From: Trichodelitschia bisporula
Taxonomy: Eukaryota
Assembly (NCBI GenBank): GCA_010356995.1
Contig: ML996687.1
Span: forward strand, 1,799,803 to 1,863,802
Length of the DNA stretch: 64,000 bases
Direction of reading: 5' to 3'
Shown here: one piece after another, positions 24,492-36,568 of the stretch
Layout: each line of letters starts with the position of its first letter
Position numbering within the stretch: the stretch's first letter is position 1
The notes under the pieces: model-generated
Databases searched by the model: none
Seen by the model: only the letters and a program-made list of their open reading frames with translations
What the model was told of the DNA's origin: nothing
Program-made: the position numbers and the translations under genes

Positions 24492-24873
24492 TGCGGGAGG
24501 TTGATGCGGAAAAACTGTTGGGTGGATGCGGAGGATGTGGTACGTAGTAAATAGTAGAACTAGAGGTTGCGACGCGTTCCAAGGGTGTTGCGACGTCGGC
24601 TTGTTCCGTGGCGGAAGCTGGCGACGCCGGTCGTCATTCACTGGGCAGCACAGGGATTAACCGCGTGCGCCTTTGCCGTGCGGGACATCAGCGAACATCG
24701 CGACATAATCCGGCCTCACGCTTCTCAGCTCGTCATGTCTGGCTAGCCTGTGTGCTCTTTCACCTCCCCGAATAATGTCTGCCCCCCGCACATACCCAGG
24801 ACCGCCCGACGCACTCGCCCACCAGCTGGTTAAGCTCCGCAGACGATAAGCTGCCCCGCGGCCCCCCACCAAT

Positions 24874-27800
24874 ATGTACGAGCTCATATAATTCTTGACT
24901 GTAGATAGCAAGCCTGACGAGTGTAGGTTCGAAAAATCGCTCTACGACCTCATTCGAGGTCTGCGGAACCACAAAGGGAACGAGAAGGAGTACATCCAGG
25001 AAAGCCTGCGAGAATGTCGCAAGGAAATCAGGAGCCAGGACATGAGTTCGTCTCCCTGCAGATAGGATGGACAATGCTGAGCTCTCTAGACCTCAAGGCT
25101 ACGGCCCTGCTCAAGATTACGTACCTGGAGATGTTCGGGTACGACATGTCGTGGGCGTCGTTCAACGTTCTGGAGGTCATGTCTTCGCAAATCTACGGAC
25201 AAAAAAAGGTTGGATATCTCGCCGCCATCCAGAGCTTCCGGCCGGACACCGAAGTCCTGATGCTAGCTGAAAATTTACTGAAGAAGGTGGGTAACTCCTG
25301 AGCTTATGGAACAGCCGTTAACCTGCTAGGACCTGACTTCGCCCACACCAGTAGTCATAACTCTACCTCTAGTCGCTATTCCTCATGTGGTCAACCCGTC
25401 CATGGCGAACTCTCTGCTCTCAGACCTGCTCCCTCGTCTCACCCACTCCCACGCCGCCATCCGTAAGAAGACCATCGTCACTCTGTACCGCCTCGCCCTG
25501 GTGTATCCCGAAACCCTTCGTCCGGCATGGCCGAAGATCAAGGAGCGCCTTCAAGACGAAAACGAAGATCCCAGTGTCACGTCTGCTATCGTCAATGTCG
25601 TCTGCGAGTTGGGATGGAGACGCCCACAAGACTTCTTACCCCTTGCTCCTCGACTCTTCGATCTGTTGGTTGCGGGTGGCAACAACTGGATGGCAATCAA
25701 GCTGATCAAGCTTGTAAGCGGATCATCTCCTTATCGTTACCGGAGCTAACTCGACAGTTTGCGACTCTGACCCCACTGGAGCCGAGGCTGATTAAGAAAC
25801 TCCTACCCCCTCTCACGACCATCATCAAGACCACCCCTGCCATGTCCTTGTTGTACGAATGCATTCACGGCATCATACAGGGAGGCATCCTCGACAGTAT
25901 TGAAGGTACCACCGAAGGCGAAGAAGTGGCACGCCTCTGCGTAGGCAAACTCCGCAGCATGCTTGTCGTAGAGGGCGACCCTAACCGTAAGTCTTTATAC
26001 CTTTTCAAGCCTATGCTGAACCGTTCAGTCAAATTCGTTGCACTTCTGGCATTCCAGAAGATTGTTACATCGCATCCGCATTTGGTTTCGCTGCATCAAG
26101 ATGTCATCCTTGAGTGCATCGATGACCCCGACATCTCTATCCGCATGAGGGCGCTCGACCTCGCCGTGGGGATGGTCAATCCCGAAAATGTCGCCATGAT
26201 CGTAGAGCGGCTCCTGCGCCAGCTGTTCGAAGCTCCAGTTGCCACGGCTGCAGACGACATCACGAACGACCGTGGTATGCACAACGGGGTCGAGCCTGCA
26301 GCTGACTCGGACGACGAGGGTGCTGGCGAGGCGCTACGCCCAGCGGAGCGTAAATCGAGCCTGCCACCGCCATTGCCGGAGGAGTACAGGGTGAACGCCA
26401 TTCGCAGCATTCTGGAAATCTGTTCACGAGACACTTACGCCAATCTCAGTGATTTTGACTGGTACCTCGATGTGCTGGTGAAGCTAGTCAAGGCATGCCC
26501 GACAGTCCAGCCATCATCCACGAACGACGATTCCCTTTCGGACGATTCCAGAGACAACCGCGACATATCTTACGCGATTGGCCGGGAGTTGCAGAACGTG
26601 GCTGTCCGAGTCAAGAGCATGCGGACCGAGGCTGCGGCGGCGGCGCAATTCCTTCTGCTCACCGACTCCCGCGACAAGCTCTTTCCCGCTCACGGCAACG
26701 GCGGCCGCGGCGTTCTGGGTTACTGCGCCTGGATCGCCGGGGAATACGCCCCCTTCCTCACCAGCCCCGAAGCCGTCCTAGACTCGCTCCTCCACTCCTC
26801 GACAACCCGACTACCACCCCCCACCCTTGCCATCTCCATCCACGCCATCCTGAAACTCGTAACCCATATCTGCGGCTCGGGCATGACATGGACGCCCCAC
26901 CGCCGCACCACGACCGCCCTCCTCCTAGCGAAGACAATCCACTTCCTTGAGCCACTCGCTTCGCACCCCGCCCTCGAGGTTCAGGAGCGCGCCGTCGAGT
27001 ACCTAGAGCTCCTCCGCCTCGCCGCCGAAGCCGCAACCGGCCACCCAGCTTCAGACGAAGCTTTTGCCGAGCCCCCCCTGCTGCTCACGCAAGCCCTCCC
27101 CGCGCTCTTCACCGGCATGGAACTCAACCCTGTCGCGCCGGGGGCGTTGCGCAAGGTCCCCCCCCCCGCGGACATCGACCTCGATGCACCGATCAATCCG
27201 AATCTAGCGGCCATCCTGCGAGCGGCCGAGGAAGATGATCTGTCCGAGGAACTCCAAGACGGGTTCGAAATCTTCTACAAGCAGCGCCCGGAGGGTATCG
27301 CGATTTCTGACTCGGCTGTTTCGGCGGCTGCGCGTCTTGAGGCGGCGCTTAAATCTGACCTGAGTTCATCATATCAGAACCCGAGTCCGGTGGAGGACGA
27401 CGCGACAACAGCGAGACGGCGAGCGGAACGTCGTGAGCGGTATAAGGATGATCCGTTTTATATTGCGAGCGACGAGGACTCCGGGTCGGGGTCGCAGATG
27501 CATCGCATTATCAAGAACAGTAATGGTGGGGAGGAGATCGATATTGACGCCATTCCGATTATGGATCTGGAGCTTGAGCATGGGGAGTTACTGCGCGCGG
27601 CGGCGCCGGCGAAGAAGAAGGCCTCACGGCGGAGGGTGGAGATTGTGGCGGATGAGAATTTGGGGGGTGATGGGGAGGATGCGTCGCGGCCGGACCCGGT
27701 GCGCCCGGTGCCTGCCCGTGGGAAGAAGAGCGTGTTGCTTGTGGACTCGAGTGGGCTGGGGTCGCTGTCGCTGGAGGGCGATTCAGGCGGTACGCTGGAC

Positions 27801-28136
27801 ATCGAGCAGCGCGAGGCGGAGGAGAAGGCGCTACGGGAAGTGGAGCGGCTAAGGCTGGAGATGCAGCGGGCCTCTGAGCGGATTCAGGCGAAGGAGGAGG
27901 GGGTTGTGGTGCGGAAGAAGAAGAAGAAGAGGGTTGTTAAGGATGTGGGGGAGGGGGCTGGGGGGGAGGCGGAGGCGAGTGCGCCGCCTGAGGGGGAGAA
28001 GACGGTTAAGAAGAAGAAGAAAAAGAAGGGGAAGGAGGGGGATGCCCCTCCGGTTGCGGTGGAGGAGGGGGTGGCGGCGAAGCCGAAGAAGAAGAAGAGG
28101 CAGATTGATATGACGGATGCAGCTGTTCCGGCTTAG
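24874..28136 (+). CDS. APL5: AP-3 adaptor complex delta subunit
   Basis: MFEKSLYDLIRGLRNHKG..., LKITYLEMFGYDMSWASFNVLEVMSS, NNWMAIKLIKLFATLTPLEPRL and a Lys-rich tail. Introns 24876-24926 (splits the ATG), 25046-25089, 25287-25329, 25714-25757 and 25987-26028. Confidence 0.95.
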
Positions 28137-28674
28137 ATTTAGATTTCAAGCCGCTCCTCGATTGGATCCTGAGGCGACTTTGATACGCATGCTTAGAAGC
28201 GGTGGTGCTTTCGTGATGGGTGGTGCATGTTTATTACCAGGCCCAGCTCGGGCTTTATTGGCGGCGGTTCTTCTGTTGGATATCCATGACCATGGCCAAC
28301 TGGAGTTCCGCTGTAATGTTAGATATCCATGCCCGTAGAAGTGGTACATGGAATAGCAAAAGCTTGCAAGCTGCATGCCTCGCTGCTGTCCGTCAAAGCC
28401 CACACCCAAGAATTCAACAAGTATGCCAGAAAACATGTTGCATTTAACCCAAGATATCCAACACAACCGACCATAAATGACAAAATCCCCCTTCATTCAA
28501 GGTCAGCAGCGAAAAACACAGCGTACTATACACGGCTTTGTCCACCCGCCGCAGCTCCGTAGCTAAACCGCGCATCCCATGCCCGTTTCAAGCCGCATCT
28601 AAACGCCAACGCAGCAGCTGCCCTTCATCTCTATCCCCCCTTGTAATGTGCTTTCTCGAACGTCGTGTCTCGGA

Positions 28675-28978
28675 TCAGAAGAACAGGCGCAGGACTTCGA
28701 AGAGGAGGCCGCCGATGACGACGAAGGCGAGGAGGACTGGAGTGGCGGTTAGTATTGTGCTATGAGGGAAGGGGAGTAGGGAGCACGCACTGATCCACGT
28801 CGACGAGAGGGGTGACTTGGTGTTCCTCTTTTCGGGCTTCTTCTGGAGCTCGATGGGCTTGCCGCGCTTGGACTCTTCTGTCCGCGCGAATTTGGCGTTC
28901 GCCTTGCGTTGTTGGGGTGTTTGAGTCTGAGAGGGTTAGATGGAGCTCGAGGAGGAAAGGACAGAGGGCGGTTACCAT
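28675..28978 (-). CDS. RAMP4: Stress-associated ER protein RAMP4/SERP1/Ysy6
   Basis: Exons 28978-28976 (ATG only), 28926-28791 and 28736-28675. Protein MTQTPQQRKANAKF...KSPLSSTWIILLAFVVIGGLLFEVLRLFF. Confidence 0.9.
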
Positions 28979-29441
28979 AGCTGCGGAGCGTGTTCGGTGG
29001 GATGGATGTGGTGAGGTGTGAGGTTGTAAAGTTGCAAGTCGTAAGCTGTACTTTAAGCTCGCAGCTAAAAGGTCGGCGCGCAGAAGTCGTCGGCGTTCGG
29101 TGAACAATCTCAGCTCCCTTCAAACTTTCTCTTTTAAAACCCAATCACCACTCTTAAAGAAACCTCCAGCTTCAGTACGGAGTACAGTCACCGTTCAACA
29201 ACCTGTCCTCTGCACAACGAAATCTACAAATCACAGCCACGGCCCAAGCTTGAAGAGACGTAGCCTCAAGCCCCGCCGCCGGCAGCAGCCCCTTCCCCAG
29301 ATTCGCGCCCCCTGTTCCTTGCGCCCTGCCGCCGGCCGCGCTAGCAACCCCTCGGCCGCCGTGGATCCGGGAGTCGGGACGTCATTTTTCTCGTCCCCCG
29401 ACGGCGTGACGGTGAGTTGTTCGCAACACACTGTGATTGTA

Positions 29442-29967
29442 ATGATGCGATTGATCGGCTTGCCGCTGCTGCGTGCGGCGCCTGCCCGTGCGGTGCCGAT
29501 GCGGCTCTGCCGCCGATGGGAGAGTGGGAAGGCCGGTGCTGGTGGGCCGGCGGAGAAGACGCCAAGTAAGCATGTAAGTTGATATCGCGTACTGCTGGAT
29601 CAATTGGTATTCATCGTATATATCTTGCATCGGGGGCACTGCTCTTAGTACCTTCCCCTATCCCTCGGATACTTGTCTCTCCTCCATTGCTGAACCTACC
29701 GCTAACCTCCCCCGCAGGGCGAATTCTATACCTCCTGGAGTCTGCCCTTCGCCAAAGTCTTCCTCGGAGCACTGTTCACGTACCAAGTCACCTATTGGGC
29801 GTGGCTGAAGCTGGAGAATCTGGCTGTGAAGGAGGAAACTGAAGGCACGTGAGTTTTTCCATCGTGTGGGTTGCATCGGCTGACGGTGGATTGTAGCACA
29901 GATTGAGGATCTGAAGAAGGATTTGAGGACGAAACTTGCCGAGAAGAAGGGCGACGGGAAGAGATGA
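29442..29967 (+). CDS. Small mitochondrial inner-membrane protein, INA17-like
   Basis: Arg-rich presequence-like N-terminus, intron 29574-29717, then GEFYTSWSLPFAKVFLGALFTYQVTYWAWLKLE. A GC-AG intron at 29845-29896 gives the coiled-coil tail AQIEDLKKDLRTKL. Confidence 0.72.
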
Positions 29968-30661
29968 GGTGGATTCTGATGGCTGAATTCCCGGGAAGTT
30001 TCGGCGCTCTGGTAGGCCGTCACTACAGAGCTGGCTGGAGAAGGCTGCATTGCCGCATTCAACGCCGCAGCAGTTAAGACTGGGACTCTGGTCAACTGGC
30101 TGTCCGCCTCTAATGTCGCCTTTTCCTACCAGAATTGCTAGTAGTGTTGTCGTCTCACAGGACAAGATGTAAGTATTTCAGGCTGTCGCGTTTGACGCAC
30201 GGGACGACGTTGGTTAAATGGAACTAGGAGATGTACAGCAAAGAACTTTGGTGATTCTTCGGGCATTCAGGACATCGCACTACATGTAGAAATAATGGCC
30301 GAATTTCCCATCATATTCAATTTTCACGGTCAAAACACACTGGCCATAGATCACATCGTCATTGATGCAGATGTAAGAAGGAGCATCCGTACCCTTGGAA
30401 GGAGCGCTCGGAGGACGTGGGTGAAAAGTGTACCCATATATGGGTGACCTCGCCGCTCACCCTCTCTCTTGTTGTTCTTCGTCTTCTACACACTTTCACT
30501 ATGCATTTGTTGCCCTTGCATGTGTCGTGAGCTATGCTCCCAATGTCATCCAGCACTTAATCCTCACCACCCTACTTCATTGAAAAAAATGCTCGTTCAT
30601 CCCCGTCGCGCCTTCCCCATCTTCAAAACTCAAACCGGCAAAAAGTGAAGTCCACCCATCA

Positions 30662-30745
30662 AGCCCGAGGCGGGGCTCGAACCCGCGACCTTGAGATAAT
30701 CCCTTGGTTAAGAGTCACACGCTCTACCGATTGAGCTACCCAGGC
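30662..30745 (-). tRNA. tRNA-Lys (CTT) with an 11-nt intron
   Basis: GCCTGGGTAGCTCAATCGGTAGAGCGTGTGACTCTTA[ACCAAGGGATT]ATCTCAAGGTCGCGGGTTCGAGCCCCGCCTCGGGCT. Cloverleaf forms; T5 run about 17 nt downstream. Confidence 0.93.
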
Positions 30746-33700
30746 TGGTTGATTTGGATGCCGAAAAGTGGGTGGGGTGGGCTTTTGGCAATGTCCGGCC
30801 GGGCCGGGCGGAGGGAGGAGGGCTCGGAGAGATGGATGGGCTTGGCCCGGCTGGATGGGATTGGATACAAGGGAGATGACTGCTGCGTGTCGATACGGGG
30901 CGCGATACTGTAGTAGATCGGGGAGTGAGATGGGGGAGTTGAGTCTGAGTATGCATCAGCGAGTTGGTGTCATCAACGATTGAAGCCCCGCCGAGTCCAA
31001 CCTGCCCATACCCGCGAAGTCCGCTAATTCACCGCAGTTATCCGAAATATTCCTTTCGGACCGAAAGCCACAGCCAGTTGAACCGTATTCTCAAGCTCGG
31101 AGGCACCTCCGCTTCCTCCCCCGTAGAACCCCATCCCGGCCCCCGCATCCGCCTCCGCGCCGAGTCACCCACCACCCATGTCAGCATCAAGCCAGCGCTT
31201 GCAGCGGCGCAGTACTGTAACTCACTGATAAATAGAGCAACCCCTCCCTCTTCTCACCACGCGAATGAAGGACTACCGCACAGGTCCCACGTAGCGAGTA
31301 AACGCCTCTAGCGGAATTTCCCGCAGCCCTACCGCGACAAGGCTGACCACCTTTCGCCACCGCATGGCCTGGCAGATACGCGGCAACAACAACCGAATCT
31401 CCACGTTCCTTCCAGCCTGGCTCTGACGCGCCCGCCCCGATCGCCGACGCGTGCCTGCCAAGCTGCGCAGAGTGCGCTTGCGCGGCGGTAATATGTTGCC
31501 ACGGCCAAGGCTAGGGGTGTGCGATGTAGACAGGGCAAGAGAAACGAGGTTCGAGGAAGGGTGCGTTGAGGTTGAGTAAGGGTACGTTGGGGTTCGTGCA
31601 GGCAGCTGGTCGACGTTGGGCGACAGGTAAGGGGCCCATTCGGCGCGGCTCTGTGATACGGCAACTCGGTGTCTGCAACCGGCCTCGTCCCCGAAATGGC
31701 ATCGGACCTCACACCGCATCCGCCGTTGCACCCTCCCGTACGGAATATATTTCCCACCGCCTCGCCCTGCGTGTGCGCCACAGTGGCGAGTGCGTCCGCC
31801 ATGCCTCGTCCCGCCCCGACCCCTCCACTTACCTAACCTCTCACCTGCCGCACCCTACAATCTGCCAGGCCCGACAGGGAAAGTTGACGCGTTGAACAGT
31901 TGTACTGGTAGGGCTAGAAAGCACGCGCCGAAGCTACTGTACCGGCAGCTGGTGCAGCTGAAGTTCTCGCCTTTTGCCCTGCGGCATTCATCCCGACCAC
32001 CGGACACCTTCGCCACCTCCGGGTGCGGCTTGCGGGCTTGGCAAGCTGCATGGCGCCTGTGGGGCTGGCGCAGGGTTGCAAGCGTGAGTATGGGCTGACT
32101 GCTGGGGGGGCGGGGGGATGCAGGTTTGCTTGCTTGGGGAATAATGGGAATAGAGATGGTGGGGATGGGATGTACCGCACGGTGTTGTAGCCGCGGTGTT
32201 TCAGAGAGCGGGAGGTGGGGCGGTGCGGCTGCGTGCCACAGCATACGGCGCGGGGGAGGGAGGGGAACTTTGAACGGAATGAATCCGCAATTGATGATGG
32301 GCGGCTGGAGGGCAGGACTGTGCGGCGTGTTTGGGGTGCAGCGCGGCGCGGCGCGAATATGCTTGAGACGTCGGCATGAGGTGGTGCGGGTACTGATGGA
32401 GGTGCGGCAGATGGGCGTGTCTGTTGAAATGTCAAGACTCGACAAGGTCTGATGTGCAGGGAAGCTAAATGTCAGCAAAGCCGGTGTGGCGTTGGTTCGC
32501 CGTATGCGAGATGCAGCCGATACTGCAGGTATCTAGTCACGTGATGGAGCAAAACATCTGCTGCAAAAAGATGGAGTTTCAGAAGAGCACAGCCTCGACA
32601 GGTACGGCGTCTTCTCTGCCGGCGTCTAAATGTATTGCGTTGCGCCTGCTGCATGGGAGACACAAGGCTGAGTGTGCTGTGATGCGGGGAATGTGGAGGG
32701 CCTGGCTTGCCTGGATTTGGCATTTCTGCTGGAGATGCAACGCCGGCCCGTGTGGAGCATGCGGCTTCGCGCGGCTGGCACGGCAGCGCCTGAGGTCAGC
32801 CACACTGGGGGAGGGGGATGTTTGTCGACCTCAGCCCGGTGGTTGACGAGGTGGAGAGGAGGACATACGGCACGTCAAGCAACGAGAGCGAATGGACTGG
32901 AATACGGCGATTTCCTGCTCGTCTGCTCAGCTCCATGACAGCTATGAGGGTTAAAGTAGTTTTTGTCAAGAGTGCAGCTGGAGACAAAGAGTCGCATTCT
33001 GATTTGCGGCGTTGCCTCCCCTCCCCCCTTCAGCCCCAGCCTCAACGAGGCTGCGTCATTTCAAGCCTTTCCAGCCACCAGCCCGTCGCTCTTTCGCCCT
33101 TTTCTGCATCTTATCAACAATCAACATCAATCGATCAGTTCACCATGAGTTTTACCTCTTCACCTCAACTCTTTCCATCTGAAGTTCTTATCGAATCATT
33201 TTTCTCAGGCGAAATTGATATGCAAGAAGAGTAGATCTAGTGCGAAGCGTGCAGCAAGCCATCCGTTACTCCATTCTGCAGCCACACACTCATTCCTGCC
33301 GCAAGCTTTTCCTTCCAAGAAAAACTCCTGTCCCTCACCCGCCCATCCCACCCCCCTCCAAGCCCAGTCCAGGCCGCCCCTCCGCCTGCCGCTACTTTTC
33401 TCAGCTGCACACCTTTTTTTTGCCCCGAACCCGAGTCCTCTCCGCCTCTCCGCCCCTCCGCCTGTTGCCCACCGCTCACTTTCTTCCTCTCCTCTCCTCT
33501 CCTCCCCTCCCCTCCCCGCCCCCAGCCCACCTTTACACCTGAGGCGCACATCCTTTCCAACTACCGACTTCGCCATAGCACCCGCCTCAAATCCAGCCCA
33601 CCAAAACCTACCTACACCGTCATCCATCACCCACCAAACCTACCCCCAACCTTACCTCTCCACCCACACTCACCGCACCACAGCCACATCACCAACAACC

Positions 33701-34377
33701 ACAGCCTTCGCCAGAAACTTGTGGTTTTCCATTCTCGAACACGTTGCGGCAGCTTCTGCTAGGCTGTCTCACTCTAATCGAATTTTTTCTGATCAATCTT
33801 CCTCTAACTGCATCGTCGCCGCGAGCTCAGCTTGTTGAGCCCAGCTGAGCCACACCAACAACTGCCACACAAGGTCGAGAGCAGAGTGCGGCTTGACTAT
33901 TACCAAACAAACCAGTTGCGATTCAACCGCGATGCGCGACTGTTGATTCCACTTGCGGAGAGGAAGCTCTACTGTACGTACCCTTCTGCCTTCCTCTTCC
34001 TGCTTCGAAGCCGTGTCTGCACAGTCGCGGCAAATCTCGTGGGTCACTGCAGACGCGGTCGCGCGCCGCCGCCTCAGCACTCAGCTCTCACTTCCCCATC
34101 CCTCGAGAAGCTCGCTGCGGCAGCTGTCGCATGCGAGCTTGGGTGCATCACGAACTTGCTCCATGGCGCGAGGCGAATCTCATCGCGAAGAAATCGCCCT
34201 CGCGCCGAGCCCTCCCAATCCCGTCGCGCTTCCGCAGCTTGTTCCCCCTCTCTCCACTCAGCAGAGCCGCATCAGGGTTCACTATGAAGAAACTCGCGCT
34301 GACCGTTGATAGGAAACGTCATTTTCGCGTGCTGCCCGAGTGCAAACCAAACTATCCCATTTGACTGCCATTTGCTC

Positions 34378-36186
34378 ATGGCCGCGGCTACCAGAGCAAT
34401 CACCCCAACGCATACTGGTCCGTTTTCATCCGTCGCACCCGACACGCCCACGTCCATAGCTTCGCCTACTCAAGCGCGTCTTGCAAAGAATCTGCTGCCG
34501 CCCGGCCTGGGAGCTTCCGCATCGCCGCGCTCGCAGAGCCCCCTGTACACGCAGAGCCCTTCGTATTCGCCGCAGCTCGTCGCAATCGGTGCCATGGCAG
34601 AAGAACGCCGCGCGCCTGGTCTGGCGAGCCCGAATGCCGCGACTGCCGCCTTGAACAACCTCATGCAGGGCGCTGCTGCCGCTGCTGGCCTTGCTGGCGC
34701 AAAGGAAACGAAGCTGAGCCAGCCCCTCCTCCAGGCGGCCAAGAGCATTCAAATCCCCGATACCACGACAACTACGGGTGAAGCTTTGCAAACGAGTCCG
34801 ACGTCGATCTCGAGCTACGGCTCTATTAATAACACTACTGCAACTACTGCCACTGCACCCGCGCTGTCGACGGCCTTGCCGCAGGGAGAGATGGACACGA
34901 CCGATCCCGCCCTCATGCGTCCGTCTGTCGACCCAGGCATCGCGCCGGTTGACAACCGCGCCTTCACATATCCCCCGCCGCCTGCTGATGACCCGCGTAA
35001 CCCGCAGCGGAACATGAGCATGCCCAATTCTGGCTACGGCCAGACGCCCGTCAAATCGCCGTCGTCCAAGCGGCACAAGTGTCCCTACTGCGCAACCGTA
35101 TTTACGCGTCACCACAATCTCAAATCGCATCTGTTGACGCACAGCCAAGAAAAACCGTACGAGTGCCAGCAGTGCCAGTCGCGCTTCCGGCGTCTGCACG
35201 ACCTCAAACGCCACGCCAAGCTGCACACCGGTGAACGGCCCCACGAATGTCCGAAGTGCGGCCGCAAGTTTGCGCGCGGCGACGCGTTGGCTCGTCACAA
35301 CAAAGGCCAGGGTGGCTGTGCAGGGCGGCGGTCTAGCTTCGGAGTGGACGATGACGGCGAGGGCCGCCCCGAAGGCATGGATGGCGTTGAGTACACCGCT
35401 GAGCCGGAGCACATGGATGACGACGAGGAGATGGACGAGCGGCGCCGCGAGAGTGAACCCAGTCACCGCCAAGACTCGACGTCTTACCGCCAGTCGAGCA
35501 CCTACCCGCCTCTCAGCGGAGGCCGCCACGTCGGCCCCGTCGCCCAGATGTACCCGCCGACGGGGCCGCCGCCTGGCCATGAGAGCCCTAGCATGCGCCA
35601 AAACACGGCTTCGGGATCGTTTCCGCAGTACGGGTCTGGTGGGCAAGTGTATACCCCAACCGGCGTGACAGAAAGTCCCAAGCCCATATCTCCTGGCCAT
35701 ATGGAAAATCAGCGTGGGAGCGTGTCCGGCTCGTCTCGTAACTTCCAGGCTTACCAGCCCGGTCGTGGTGGCGCGCCTCAACTGCCTCCCTTGCCGCAGC
35801 TTCAGCATGGTGCGCATGGCCAACAGCCCGGCATGCCGCCGCCGCCGAGCTCGAGCTCGCACGCCGGCAGCATGTCGAGTCACTCGGGCAGCGGGGGCAG
35901 CACGCGGGAGTTGCTGGGGCAGCAGGGGCAGGACCTTCTGGCGTATGTGCGGAACATGGAGACGCAGATGCGTACGATGCAGGAGGAACACACTGCGCGG
36001 GTGGCACAGCTGCAGATGGATCAGAACCGGCTACAGGAGGAGTATACAACCAAGCTTGCGCGGTTGGAGCAGGAGAACAAGAAGGCGGAGGAGCGGCACA
36101 ATTCCGAGCTGATTCTTCTGAAGGAAGAGTTGAGTGGGTTGAAGGGGCGCATGACGGAGAAGGCGGCGACGCCTGCTGCCTCATAG
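34378..36186 (+). CDS. C2H2 zinc-finger transcription factor (3 fingers, C-terminal coiled coil)
   Basis: HKCPYCATVFTRHHNLKSHLLTH-SQEKP-YECQQCQSRFRRLHDLKRHAKLH-TGERP-HECPKCGRKFARGDALARH. Start is uncertain (ATG 34378 or 34594). Confidence 0.93.
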   Translation: MAAATRAITPTHTGPFSSVAPDTPTSIASPTQARLAKNLLPPGLGASASPRSQSPLYTQSPSYSPQLVAIGAMAEERRAPGLASPNAATAALNNLMQGAAAAAGLAGAKETKLSQPLLQAAKSIQIPDTTTTTGEALQTSPTSISSYGSINNTTATTATAPALSTALPQGEMDTTDPALMRPSVDPGIAPVDNRAFTYPPPPADDPRNPQRNMSMPNSGYGQTPVKSPSSKRHKCPYCATVFTRHHNLKSHLLTHSQEKPYECQQCQSRFRRLHDLKRHAKLHTGERPHECPKCGRKFARGDALARHNKGQGGCAGRRSSFGVDDDGEGRPEGMDGVEYTAEPEHMDDDEEMDERRRESEPSHRQDSTSYRQSSTYPPLSGGRHVGPVAQMYPPTGPPPGHESPSMRQNTASGSFPQYGSGGQVYTPTGVTESPKPISPGHMENQRGSVSGSSRNFQAYQPGRGGAPQLPPLPQLQHGAHGQQPGMPPPPSSSSHAGSMSSHSGSGGSTRELLGQQGQDLLAYVRNMETQMRTMQEEHTARVAQLQMDQNRLQEEYTTKLARLEQENKKAEERHNSELILLKEELSGLKGRMTEKAATPAAS

Positions 36187-36482
36187 ATGGGGTTCTTTGT
36201 GCTGCTGGTTGCTCGCTTCCTTATCATGTCGTTTATGGGCTTTCTTTTTTCTGCGAGGGGCCGGGGTTATGCATTGATGAATGAAGAAGGCTGGGGGGAG
36301 TGATGGCGGGCCTGGCGTTAACAAGTGTGTTTGAGAAAGCGGGTCCAATACACGATAGAGACACTGCTGGTGTGGGGGTTGGCTGGCGGTATCGGCCGTC
36401 ATTGCCTGTGGATCTAAGCTGGGGGCGAATACTGGCGGACAGGTTACAGGGGGAGGTTGAGCTGCGGGACAAAAGGACCACT

Positions 36483-36567
<85 letters not shown>
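36483..36567. repeat. Poly-G tract (G55-A-G29)
   Basis: Directly visible homopolymer downstream of the C2H2 gene. Confidence 0.95.

Positions 36568-36568
<1 letters not shown>

Noticed and set aside
29574..29717. Longer (144-nt) intron as a snoRNA host
   Set aside because: No convincing C/D or H/ACA boxes or stems were found by eye.
34426..35991. 521-aa antisense ORF over the C2H2 gene (also antisense ORFs 17983-18861, 19604-20389, 46175-47218, 61515-62234)
   Set aside because: These are shadow ORFs produced by GC-rich codon bias on the opposite strand and have no recognisable domains.
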